A stretch of 20,000 bases of DNA from an uncultured virus (IMG/VR IMGVR_UViG_3300021255_003627) (IMGVR_UViG_3300021255_003627); one strand, 5' to 3'; counted from the stretch's first letter, positions 1 to 8,807 are shown. The notes: generated from the letters alone by a model not told the origin. Program-made: numbers and translations.

Positions 1-2
1 CA

Positions 3-842
3 AAGTGTATCAATAGGGTTAAGCCAAATGATGTTGTGACAATAACAAGTAAGTTACACGGGACATCAATCGTTATTGGCAAACTTCACGTGAAGACACC
101 AATCAAATTACCATTCCACAAGTACATTTGGAATAAGTTCGTTGATTTGACAAGACTATTCAAACCATACCGTTTTACAGACTACATTGTGGAGTATGGT
201 AACGTAACCTCTTCACGCACTGTCATTAAAAACCAATATATCAACAAACAAGTCAAAGAAGGGTTCTACGGAGTTGACATATGGACGGAGTATGGCAACT
301 TGATTTATCCTTTCATTGACGAGGGCATGACAATCTATGGCGAGATTGTTGGGTACATCACCAATTCTGACAAGATGATTCAGAGTGGTTATGACTATGG
401 CTGTGAAAATGGAGAGAACAAGTTGATGATATACCGCATTACCACGACCAATGACGATGGCACTAAACACGAGTGGAACGTCATCGAAGTCAAGGAGTGG
501 ACCGAAAGGCTGATTAGTGAACATCCTGAAATCAAGGATAGAATCCACGTTATCGATTTGCTTTATCATGGTACGCTTGCAGATTTCTACCCAGAGATTT
601 CAATTGAGAGTCATTGGCACGAAAATGTGCTTGAAGCCATGAGGAATGACAAGAAACGGCTGAATATGGAAAAGAACGACCCTATCTGCAAAAACAAAGT
701 TCCGTTCGAGGGTATTGTGCTTCGCATTGACAATGACGAACTTGCAGAGGCGTTCAAGTTGAAGACTCAGAAGTTCTTGTCAAAGGAACGTGAAAGCATT
801 GATGCTGGTAAAGTCGATATTGAAATGGCAGACACTTATTAG
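3..842 (+). CDS. ATP-dependent RNA ligase (Rnl2/DRB0094-like nucleotidyltransferase), 5'-truncated by window edge
   Basis: Frame is open from position 3. Motif I-like TSKLHGTS, motif III-like TIYGEIVG, motif IV FEGIVLR, motif V FKLK. Confidence 0.8.
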   Translation, partial: KCINRVKPNDVVTITSKLHGTSIVIGKLHVKTPIKLPFHKYIWNKFVDLTRLFKPYRFTDYIVEYGNVTSSRTVIKNQYINKQVKEGFYGVDIWTEYGNLIYPFIDEGMTIYGEIVGYITNSDKMIQSGYDYGCENGENKLMIYRITTTNDDGTKHEWNVIEVKEWTERLISEHPEIKDRIHVIDLLYHGTLADFYPEISIESHWHENVLEAMRNDKKRLNMEKNDPICKNKVPFEGIVLRIDNDELAEAFKLKTQKFLSKERESIDAGKVDIEMADTY

Positions 843-848
843 TTGTCA

Positions 849-1157
849 TTAGAAAAACGGATTGTTTGACAAAGAATCAATTATGGTTTGATACTTTTGG
901 CATGTCTCTTGAAAATCGTTTACATCGTCATGGCATAAGTCAAACCATTCCCCGTTAATCCTTGAGGAGTTGAACCGATTGTGAAGCATTGTTTCAAGTT
1001 TAAATGGCTTATCGGTCTCAAAGTTGTCCTTTAAGTAGATGACGGAAGAGTTGCCAGTTTGCAACTGCTTGATTCGTTTGCCGATGTCCGATGAATTGGT
1101 TGAACCAATTTTATATCCTTCTCGCCCCATCTCTTTAAGAAGATAAACGTATCCCAT
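849..1157 (-). CDS. GIY-YIG superfamily (T5orf172-like) protein
   Basis: GYVYLL...YKIGST...KRIKQLQTGN...LETMLH...GEWF pattern typical of T5orf172/MUG113 domains. Confidence 0.85.
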   Translation of the reverse strand: MGYVYLLKEMGREGYKIGSTNSSDIGKRIKQLQTGNSSVIYLKDNFETDKPFKLETMLHNRFNSSRINGEWFDLCHDDVNDFQETCQKYQTIIDSLSNNPFF

Positions 1158-1200
1158 GTCTAAAAAATAGTTAAAAATGGGAAGATGTTAAAGGTTTTTA

Positions 1201-1231
1201 TTGGTTGGATGGAATATTTTCCGTATATTTG
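1201..1231 (+). promoter_or_regulatory. Bacteroidetes sigma-A type promoter
   Basis: -7 TATATTTG at 1224-1231, imperfect -33 (TTGG at 1201-1204), TTTTCC just before the -7 box as in the other copies. Confidence 0.65.
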
Positions 1232-1277
1232 CAACAATAACAATTTTTATTAACAAAATAATAAAGGAAAAAACAAA

Positions 1278-2060
1278 ATGAAGAAAATTATTTTTATGCT
1301 TTTTGTGGCTATGTTTAGTACAGAAAGTTTTTGCCAAACTGAACCAGATTTTGCAATGGAACCACACGTTTTTAACTTCGCAGACTCCACCTTTGAGGTA
1401 CCCCTACCTTGTGAGAGGACCTATGTGCGTGGAAAGGCTGACGCCTCATTGTATATTTTTGGTGTAGGAAAAACTAGTGTTTATCGTTACATTGATGGAG
1501 AAAAATCACCTTTAGAGATTGACAAAAACGTTAGTGGCATTATCATCAATACAGACGGTGAATCACCAGTACACACCCTTTCCATCAACAAACTTGAAAT
1601 ACTAAAGACAAAACGAAGATGGAAAACTCATGAAAGTGGCACTTTTACGGGGTCGTCATACGGTACAGATGCCTCTGTTGGGTTGAAGTATAAGAAATAT
1701 GGCAAGAATTCCGTTATCATCAAAACTTCTGATTTGTCACCAGGGGAATATTGTATTACTGCTATCAACATCAAAACTACCACAAACAATTTTAAAGCAT
1801 TCACATTCAGAGTTAAAGGTGTAATCATAGATACCTACGAGAAATATTATGTTCGAGTTGTTGGAGGAAAAGGCGAAACTCTTCATATCCACAACACATC
1901 GGGTGACCTCATCCAAACCATTGACATTAAAACTGACGACGAGCGATTTAGACCCAAATTAAAGAAGAAAAATTCTTACATTTTAAAAGTTGGGTCGTCA
2001 GAAGAAAAAATTTCAATTGATAGGAATGGTTTTGTTTCAATTGACACTTCGTTTTTGTGA
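1278..2060 (+). CDS. Secreted hypothetical protein
   Basis: 260 aa ORF with signal peptide MKKIIFMLFVAMFSTESFC, beta-rich sequence, downstream of a promoter. Confidence 0.75.
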   Translation: MKKIIFMLFVAMFSTESFCQTEPDFAMEPHVFNFADSTFEVPLPCERTYVRGKADASLYIFGVGKTSVYRYIDGEKSPLEIDKNVSGIIINTDGESPVHTLSINKLEILKTKRRWKTHESGTFTGSSYGTDASVGLKYKKYGKNSVIIKTSDLSPGEYCITAINIKTTTNNFKAFTFRVKGVIIDTYEKYYVRVVGGKGETLHIHNTSGDLIQTIDIKTDDERFRPKLKKKNSYILKVGSSEEKISIDRNGFVSIDTSFL

Positions 2061-2110
2061 TACCACAAAGAATTGTAAAACATTTGAATAATTTTTAATA
2101 TATTTATTTT

Positions 2111-2281
2111 ATGTACACAATTATTTGTTTAATCATTTTTTTTGGAATGTTTGTGGCAGTGAATGTGCCAAAACCTTGTACCGAAGAGACAAAAAAATCT
2201 TTGATTCCAGTCTTCCTCGTCGCGTTGATTGTTTCAGTTTTGATTGACATGTTTATTTTTCTACTTTGCTACGTTTTTTGA
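2111..2281 (+). CDS. Small two-TM membrane protein (56 aa, not in ORF track)
   Basis: MYTIICLIIFFGMFVAVNVPKPCTEETKKSLIPVFLVALIVSVLIDMFIFLLCYVF; two hydrophobic segments; stop is 2 nt before the rtcB ATG. Confidence 0.6.
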   Translation: MYTIICLIIFFGMFVAVNVPKPCTEETKKSLIPVFLVALIVSVLIDMFIFLLCYVF

Positions 2282-2283
2282 TT

Positions 2284-2820
2284 ATGATTGAAATTAAAGG
2301 AAAACATTGTAAGGATTTGAAAATCTTTACTGACAATATAGAGGAAACGGCTTTATCCACTTTATACAAAGTGGCAGATGAAGTTCCGTATGAGAACACT
2401 AAAATACGAATCATGCCAGACGTACATCAAGGCGTTGGCAACACAGTTATTGGTTTTTCTTGTCCTATTGACCTCGAAAACGGTTATGTATCGGTACAAG
2501 CGGTTGGGTGCGATTTAGGCTGTTCGGTAAGTGCTTGGTTTTATGAGAAGCCGATTTCAGACGACAAGATACAAGAGTTTGAGCACAAAATCCGAAAGGT
2601 CATACCGTTTGGTTTTAACATCAATCAGAAAAGCAAGGTTGATGTGAAGTGCCTAATCAAGGAAATAAACAAGTCAATACAACGCATTGTGTCAAGACAT
2701 CCGATTCTCTCTGATTATTCGATTGAGTTCAAGAGTGAGAGAGACCTTGAAAAATGGTGTGATAGGATTGGTATGGACTATGGTGTATTCCTAAAATCCA
2801 TCGGAACTGTTGGCGGTGGT
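2284..2820 (+). CDS. rtcB: RtcB 3'-phosphate/5'-OH RNA ligase, exon 1
   Basis: IRIMPDVHQG, AVGCDLGC and SIGTVGGG motifs; ends immediately before the conserved NH. Confidence 0.95.
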
Positions 2821-3728
2821 GAAACGATTGCCACCGTGTGAGTTAATAGCTCACAGTAGTTAAATTCGTCCAAATCGGTGGAGCCTGTGACGGTAATACC
2901 GAGGGAAGTGCTCTGACAATAGTCAACACCCCGTAACGAGCGGAGGGACTTGAAATGTCGTTTTAAATAGGCATAAGGTGCGCTCTGAACTATAGAGAAA
3001 AAGAATCTATAGAGAATGTCAGAAATGAGCATTCCAATTAATATTGAAAATGACCACTTCTTCATTATTATTTATAATATATAAGTAATAATATGTTGAA
3101 TAAAGACAAGAGTTATATTTTTGGTATTTTAATAACAGATGGTAGTTTATATTTAACCACTAGAAATAGGGGGAAAGTAACATTAGAAATCTCTAAAAAA
3201 GACGAAGATTTAGTTGATAAATTAATCAAATTAGTTCCGTTTTCGACTAAAAGTACTAGAACTAGAAAAACTAATTTTTGCGCAAGTGGTACTGACTTTG
3301 TTTCTTTTAAAAATTATAGGAGAGAATTTAGAGAAAATCTAATTGAGAATGGCTTCCCAACAAAAAATAAAGCAATAAACGCATCAACTCCTTCTGAAGA
3401 ATATGATGAAGTTTCTTTTTGGAGAGGCGTTATTGATGGGGATGGAAGTATAGGCGTGACTAATAAAAACGAGCCATTTGTTTCTCTAGTTACAAAAAGT
3501 GAAAATCTTAAAAATAAATACTTAGAATTTTTACACAAAAATTTTGGAATAGCCAAAAATGTAAACAAGAACAAAAGAGACAATGTATACAATATTGTTG
3601 TAAAAAATAAAAACGCTAGAGACTTAGTTGATTTACTATACAACAATAAAGAAATACATCTTAATCGTAAATATGATAAAGCAATGTTTATCCTTGAAAA
3701 TTTTCAATATTAATTAGTAACAAATTTG
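2821..3728 (+). ncRNA. Group I self-splicing intron in rtcB (908 nt)
   Basis: Exon ends in U and intron ends in G. P1 CGGTGGT(2814-2820)/GCCACCG(2830-2836) with U.G at the splice site. P10 GATT/AATC. P4 TCGGTG/TACCGA. P7 ACGAGCG(2936-2942)/CGCTCT(2981-2986). Removal restores in-frame GGGNHY. Confidence 0.93.
3093..3713 (+). CDS. Intron-encoded two-motif LAGLIDADG homing endonuclease
   Basis: YIFGILITDGS and FWRGVIDGDGS motifs, C-terminal LYxxxxxxLxRK; lies in the 3' (P9) region of the intron; AT-rich. Confidence 0.93.
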   Translation: MLNKDKSYIFGILITDGSLYLTTRNRGKVTLEISKKDEDLVDKLIKLVPFSTKSTRTRKTNFCASGTDFVSFKNYRREFRENLIENGFPTKNKAINASTPSEEYDEVSFWRGVIDGDGSIGVTNKNEPFVSLVTKSENLKNKYLEFLHKNFGIAKNVNKNKRDNVYNIVVKNKNARDLVDLLYNNKEIHLNRKYDKAMFILENFQY

Positions 3729-4517
3729 AATCATTACGTTGAATATGATGTAAACGAAGAGTTAGGAAAATATTGTATTTGTGTGCATTGTGGTTCTAGA
3801 AACTTGGGTCAAAAGGTCTTTAAGTATTGGGATAAGATTGCAAAAACCATGTGCATTTCAAAGGATGAAATGAGGGCAATTACTGATGGGGTGAAGGCGA
3901 CAGTGAAAGATAAGACCATCCTTTCGAAAGCAATAAAGGAAGCAAGGGAGGAATATCTTAAGGGTAGGATACCAAACTTCTTAAATGGGGAAAACATGTA
4001 CAAGTACTTGATGGATGTGGCAGTTGCCCAAACATATGCAAGAATTAATCACGAGACGATTCAAGAACAAATATCAGAAATTTATATGTTTTTGTCGAAG
4101 GGTGCAAAGGTTGTAGATAAAATCTACACCACCCACAATTATGTTGACTTAGGTGATATGGTTCTGAGAAAAGGCGCAGTTCGTTCATATATCGGAGAGA
4201 GGCTGATTATTCCTTTTAACATGCGAGATGGTATAGGAATATTTGAGGGAAAATCAAATGAGGATTGGAACTGTACAGCCCCGCATGGATGTGGAAGGCT
4301 TTACAGCAGAAGTAAGGCAAAAGAGCAGCTTAGCGTGGAAAACTTTAAGACAGAAATGGCTGCGGCTGGAATATACACAACCACAGCAGATGCCTCCACT
4401 TTGGATGAGGCACCTCAAGCCTACAAGTCTTATGAAGAGATTTTGGAGTTGATTGAGCCTACAGTTAATGTGCTCTATCTGATGAAACCAAAAATCAATA
4501 TCAAGGCATCGGAATAG
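3729..4517 (+). CDS. rtcB: RtcB exon 2 (spliced product about 441 aa)
   Basis: NHYVE, VHCGSRNLG, THNY, LRKGA, IIPFNM, TAPHGCGR, DEAPQAYK and C-terminal NIKA motifs. Confidence 0.95.
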   Translation, partial: NHYVEYDVNEELGKYCICVHCGSRNLGQKVFKYWDKIAKTMCISKDEMRAITDGVKATVKDKTILSKAIKEAREEYLKGRIPNFLNGENMYKYLMDVAVAQTYARINHETIQEQISEIYMFLSKGAKVVDKIYTTHNYVDLGDMVLRKGAVRSYIGERLIIPFNMRDGIGIFEGKSNEDWNCTAPHGCGRLYSRSKAKEQLSVENFKTEMAAAGIYTTTADASTLDEAPQAYKSYEEILELIEPTVNVLYLMKPKINIKASE

Positions 4518-4995
4518 TGCCATCGATTTTCTCTTTTAAGAAATGTGTGAAATATGGCTTTGGTTTTGATTGGTAATACTCTTTCGCCCATTGGCGTTTT
4601 GTTTTAAGTGGTATCCCCTCTAGTTCTTTCCATAGCCATACGCTACCATTTTTACAATAATCCCAATTGTCTTGTTGTAGGTATGCCTCCATTTCCATAG
4701 GTTCAAACTTGTATGGGGCATAAATGTCAACAAATATAAGTGGTAGGTTTTTTATCCATTCCCATACATATGTGACATAAAATCTAAACCAAGAGTCTTT
4801 TGTAGACTCTGCTTGTCTTATATGTATGGTCTCATGCGATTTTAGTTGAGAGTCAATCTCGTCGCTTTTGTTAAGGTCGTCTGCGTCATTCTTTGTCTTG
4901 CAGTACGCATAACCTTTCCAAACAAAACACTTGAAATTTGGTGGCAATATCCATGCTTTTTTGCCTTTGACACATTTGAATTCGCTAGGTTTCAT
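4501..4995 (-). CDS. HExxH-motif (zincin-like) phage protein
   Basis: HETIHIRQ followed by a MEMEAY motif. ATG at 4995 preferred over the TTG at 5028. Confidence 0.65.
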   Translation of the reverse strand: MKPSEFKCVKGKKAWILPPNFKCFVWKGYAYCKTKNDADDLNKSDEIDSQLKSHETIHIRQAESTKDSWFRFYVTYVWEWIKNLPLIFVDIYAPYKFEPMEMEAYLQQDNWDYCKNGSVWLWKELEGIPLKTKRQWAKEYYQSKPKPYFTHFLKEKIDGTIPMP

Positions 4996-5014
4996 GTTTT
5001 TTTGAGATAAATAT

Positions 5015-5045
5015 TTTGTTTTTTCCAATTTTTTACATATATTTG
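5015..5045 (+). promoter_or_regulatory. Bacteroidetes sigma-A type promoter
   Basis: TTTG(5015-5018)-N19-TATATTTG(5038-5045). Confidence 0.75.
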
Positions 5046-5063
5046 CACTAAATTAAACCATAA

Positions 5064-5327
5064 ATGGATTTGGAGAGTGTAAAAAACCATATTGGGGTGA
5101 ATGAAGTTTCATATGGGAACATTTCAGCGAGCGAACTTGTCAGCATATGTTCACACGTCCACGTTGGCCTTGAAATCGATAAAGGTTCTCTCGACTATTT
5201 TTATGAAATAGATGTCGAAGAGATTTTGGAATCTGACATAACGACTGAAGATTTGGCATTGATGCAAAGTCAAGGTTGGGCATTTAATGAAAACAAGACG
5301 AAAATAATACTTTTTTTGAAAACATAA
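5064..5327 (+). CDS. Hypothetical acidic protein
   Basis: 87 aa ORF between a promoter and ssb with tight spacing. Confidence 0.7.
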   Translation: MDLESVKNHIGVNEVSYGNISASELVSICSHVHVGLEIDKGSLDYFYEIDVEEILESDITTEDLALMQSQGWAFNENKTKIILFLKT

Positions 5328-5332
5328 AAATC

Positions 5333-5743
5333 ATGATTTATTCTGAAGTAATTGGTCGGCTAGGTGCTGACTCTGAATTGAAAACATCAAAAAACGGAAA
5401 CAAGTTTGTATCCATGAGAGTGGCCACAAATGACTATGTAAACAACGAGAACGTGACCACGTGGGTAAATGTTATGTGGAGTGGCGATAGGGCCGTAAAA
5501 ATGCAAGAACACCTAAAAAAGGGTAACTCGGTAAGTGTTCGCGGAGTGCTTAGAACCACTATGTACAAGACGAGGAACAATGAGGATGCCGTGTCGCTTG
5601 ACATTTTTGCCGATAGGGTTGATTTTGTTGGCGGCGGAAGTGGAAACACACAGTCGAATGCAGAATCTGAGGCACCAAAGACGAACACAAAGGCTGAGGT
5701 TGCCGATACGAGTACGACTACTGTTGACGATTTACCATTCTAA
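5333..5743 (+). CDS. ssb: Single-stranded DNA-binding protein
   Basis: IGRLGAD, VATN, TTW, LKKG..V.V.G OB-fold motifs and acidic C-terminal DDLPF. Confidence 0.95.
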   Translation: MIYSEVIGRLGADSELKTSKNGNKFVSMRVATNDYVNNENVTTWVNVMWSGDRAVKMQEHLKKGNSVSVRGVLRTTMYKTRNNEDAVSLDIFADRVDFVGGGSGNTQSNAESEAPKTNTKAEVADTSTTTVDDLPF

Positions 5744-5818
5744 AGGAGAAGAGGTATTCTCATCCTTTCATAGACCAAGTTGTTAAGTACTTAATCGTAC
5801 CCAAATCAATTGATAGTT

Positions 5819-5850
5819 TCTCCAAGCCGTTTTGCGACTTGGAGAGATTT
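5819..5850 (+). terminator. Stem-loop, probable terminator after ssb
   Basis: TCTCCAAG(5819-5826)/CTTGGAGA(5838-5845); U-tract is weak. Confidence 0.45.
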
Positions 5851-5901
5851 GTATGTGGCCGAGGAATTGCGACACCAAATGTCTAAAAAAAGTTAAAAGA
5901 T

Positions 5902-5932
5902 TTTGCCAACTAATCTTTTTTCCATATATTTG
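5902..5932 (+). promoter_or_regulatory. Bacteroidetes sigma-A type promoter
   Basis: TTTG(5902-5905)-N19-TATATTTG(5925-5932). Confidence 0.75.
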
Positions 5933-5966
5933 CAAGGAAACATTTACAATAAACATAAAAGCAAAT

Positions 5967-7202
5967 ATGAGTAAAGAAATGCAAATGGAGTTCGTTAAGA
6001 CAGTGTCCAATGAAAATGAACCGACAATGACACATGAAGTACATGAAGGAACACAGATAACAGAAGCGCCTAAAACAACTAGTGTGCGAGTGTTAGGCGA
6101 TGATGGCTCGGTTAACGTCGCTTCCCTAACCACAGACAAGCGAGCATATTACCACGAGATTAGTAAAGTTCTTGATGAAAAGGACTTGACTTCTGTAACA
6201 ACCTATGGCTCTGACTTGCAACGCGCAATGGGCAACTACTCAAATGTTTTCCTAAAGCAATCGTTTAATTCCGAAAACGGGGTTGAAACAACACAACTGA
6301 TTTCAAATTTGCTCGGTGAGTTGCATGAGGTCAACATTGACGACCTTGAGGCACCGAACGCTTGGAAAAGGTTCTTGGCTAAGGTTCCAGGTGTTAGGAA
6401 ACTTATAGTGAGCGTTGAGCAAATCAAGGCGAAATATAACACCATTGAGAAGAATATTGATTCAATTGTTGGTAAACTTGAGGCTAGCCGTCAGATTGCG
6501 TTACGAGACAACAACCTATTGCAGAAACAGTTTGAGGACAACTGTGATTACGTTGACCAACTCGAAGACCTCATTGTTGCTGGAAAAATTAAATCCGAGG
6601 AACTAGGTGCAAGAATCGGAAGCATGAAAGCGAACCGAGACTTGCATGAGGACTATGAGATTGGTGACATTGAGGAGTATAAAAATTCGCTCGACAAGCG
6701 TTTGAACGATTTGTGCCTCCTTCGTCATGCATTCAAACAGTCGCTAACGCAAATCCGCATCATTCAGCGGACAAACATGATGAATGCCAACAATACCGAG
6801 ACACAGATTGCAATGACAATTCCAGTATGGAAAAACCAATTGTCCCTCGCAGTTGCTCTGTATGACCAAAAAAAGGCACTTGAAGTTTCAAGTAAAGTTT
6901 CAGAAACAACAAATAAGATACTTCTTAAAAACAGCGAGATGATGAAGACCCAAGCCATTGAGGTGGCAAAACAATCTCAGCGTTCCGTCATCGACATTGA
7001 CACATTGCGCAAGACCACACAAGACCTTCTTGAAACGGTCGAGGGTGTTCAGCGAGCAAATGAGGAAGGTGCTAAGAGACGTGCAGAGGCTGAGGTGGAA
7101 CTCAGAAGGCTTGAACACGAAATGACCAAGTCGGCAGTAGGCGTCAATAATACGACGCAACGCATTGTTGCCAAGGAACTTAAGAGAATAGAGCAACATT
7201 AA
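5967..7202 (+). CDS. telA: Toxic anion (tellurite) resistance protein, TelA/KlaA family
   Basis: Coiled-coil protein with YGSDLQ, KYNTIEKNIDSI, QIRIIQ..N, TIPVWKNQL and VIDIDTL motifs. Start placed at the ATG after the promoter. Confidence 0.88.
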   Translation: MSKEMQMEFVKTVSNENEPTMTHEVHEGTQITEAPKTTSVRVLGDDGSVNVASLTTDKRAYYHEISKVLDEKDLTSVTTYGSDLQRAMGNYSNVFLKQSFNSENGVETTQLISNLLGELHEVNIDDLEAPNAWKRFLAKVPGVRKLIVSVEQIKAKYNTIEKNIDSIVGKLEASRQIALRDNNLLQKQFEDNCDYVDQLEDLIVAGKIKSEELGARIGSMKANRDLHEDYEIGDIEEYKNSLDKRLNDLCLLRHAFKQSLTQIRIIQRTNMMNANNTETQIAMTIPVWKNQLSLAVALYDQKKALEVSSKVSETTNKILLKNSEMMKTQAIEVAKQSQRSVIDIDTLRKTTQDLLETVEGVQRANEEGAKRRAEAEVELRRLEHEMTKSAVGVNNTTQRIVAKELKRIEQH

Positions 7203-7238
7203 AAACGATATTGAAACATTTAACACTGTTTGTTTAGT

Positions 7239-8300
7239 ATGATGACTTCAGAATTGGCACCTCCGCGTGGTGTTAAATATATGACCTTCACACCTCCAAG
7301 GAGAGCGAGGGTGTATTTAGCCGACAGTCAAATCGAATTGGTTGACCACACTAATATGGGGGTGGTAAATGAAGATGTAGATGGCACCGTCATGTTTAAG
7401 GTTGGCGACTATTATACCCTATCTAATGTTGCTTGTGATGGGTTTGAGGGTAAGACTAAAACATATGAGTTGGTCGCAATTGTCGACAAGTTTTACGACG
7501 TCGACATTGACTCAGTCGTGGTAAAACAAGTTGACGGGGATAAAGGAACTGTTTTCACACTATCGAAAAACGATTGTAATTTCCTTGGCATAGATTATGA
7601 AAAGGGCTTACAGATGTTCCCCATATCGTTAAACTGGAAACACGTAGAAAGGACTGTAATTCCGTTTGACAAAAACAATTTGGGGAGCGTTCCGTTGAGT
7701 AAAGTCGATGGTACGGTAAGACACATCCTTATTAAGTTAAAAGGTTTCAAGTGGTTTCACGACCATGTCTACATGCTTACGCCAGAAGGGTCAATTGTTT
7801 TGGAAACCGATTTTGTAACGTCACTAAGTGTGTCACTCAAAAAACCACTTGTTTGTGCCAATGGTTGTTATGCGCAAAGTTTGTCCTTAAACAAGGGCAC
7901 TTTGATTAGGCACCGAATAGTTATGCCTAATGGAATAACATTCCCAAGGGGTGGAATGATTTCCACGGAGAATGAAATTTTCATTTTACTTGAATTAAAG
8001 TCCTCCTCGGATGACTTTTTTTTGGGGGTACAGCGACAACATCTTGACGGAATTAAGGTGAGCGATATGTTTTCAGTTTCTTGGGAGTATTCACCTAAAA
8101 GGGAGGAATATGTGAAGAAAATGGTTGTTGACGAGTTTCAAGCACAAAATGGAGCAAGAAACACGAAACTCCATGAAGAAATAGCCGATATATTACTATT
8201 AAGCAGAAGGATTCGCGCCCAAGCTGATAGTATATCAGATAGATTACGATTAGAGAAATCCTTGGCTCGTAGCATTCCATACTACTATTGGCATCTTTAA
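7239..8300 (+). CDS. Hypothetical protein
   Basis: Long ORF (~353 aa) with no recognised motif. Confidence 0.7.
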   Translation: MMTSELAPPRGVKYMTFTPPRRARVYLADSQIELVDHTNMGVVNEDVDGTVMFKVGDYYTLSNVACDGFEGKTKTYELVAIVDKFYDVDIDSVVVKQVDGDKGTVFTLSKNDCNFLGIDYEKGLQMFPISLNWKHVERTVIPFDKNNLGSVPLSKVDGTVRHILIKLKGFKWFHDHVYMLTPEGSIVLETDFVTSLSVSLKKPLVCANGCYAQSLSLNKGTLIRHRIVMPNGITFPRGGMISTENEIFILLELKSSSDDFFLGVQRQHLDGIKVSDMFSVSWEYSPKREEYVKKMVVDEFQAQNGARNTKLHEEIADILLLSRRIRAQADSISDRLRLEKSLARSIPYYYWHL

Positions 8301-8346
8301 ATGTAGAATTACGAGAAAACTTATAGCATTTTCAATTAAAAGTGAT

Positions 8347-8721
8347 ATGAAGATAGTTAACAGTCCTAGTTTTATTAATGGTATTAAAGTGGCCAAAGAC
8401 TATGGTGAAGTTATTGAGTCTTTAAAGAACAATGAACTAGTAATGCACTATGAATATGGGGACTCGCTCAGCCCACTCTTGAACAGCGGTGAATATGCGC
8501 TTATTAAGCCTTGCAAGCCAATTGAAGTGAAACGAGGTGATTGTGTATTTTGCGAGGTACAAGGGGTTTTGATGGTTCACCAAGTCTGGGAAATCTCCGA
8601 TGCTAGCCACACAAATGAACTGTGGTTCAAAATTGGAAGCAGTATGAATACCATATACGGGTGGACAAAAAAAATATACGGCATCGCAAAAGGAACCGAC
8701 GTCTATCAAGGACTTTCTTGA
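8347..8721 (+). CDS. S24/S26-family peptidase-like protein
   Basis: GDSLSPLLNSGE resembles G-x-S-M-x-P-x-L-x-x-G-D; KRGDCVF and VHQV (Ser-His type). Confidence 0.65.
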   Translation: MKIVNSPSFINGIKVAKDYGEVIESLKNNELVMHYEYGDSLSPLLNSGEYALIKPCKPIEVKRGDCVFCEVQGVLMVHQVWEISDASHTNELWFKIGSSMNTIYGWTKKIYGIAKGTDVYQGLS

Positions 8722-8749
8722 TATATATTTTCCGTCACAAAAGCCAAAG

Positions 8750-8807
8750 CAATGATATAGGGGTTTGACTACGTAATCGGTCGACCCCTATATCATTGTT
8801 TATATTT
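8750..8807 (+). terminator. Long stem-loop, probable terminator
   Basis: Perfect 14-bp inverted repeat CAATGATATAGGGG(8750-8763)/CCCCTATATCATTG(8785-8798) followed by a T-rich tail. Confidence 0.65.

Noticed and set aside
2821..3728. Intein or frameshifted pseudogene in rtcB
   Set aside because: The insert has stops, is not in frame and lacks intein termini, while group I RNA elements and an exact junction are present.
5832..5966. N-terminal extension of TelA in the ORF track
   Set aside because: The TTG start runs through a hairpin and the promoter; ATG 5967 fits better.
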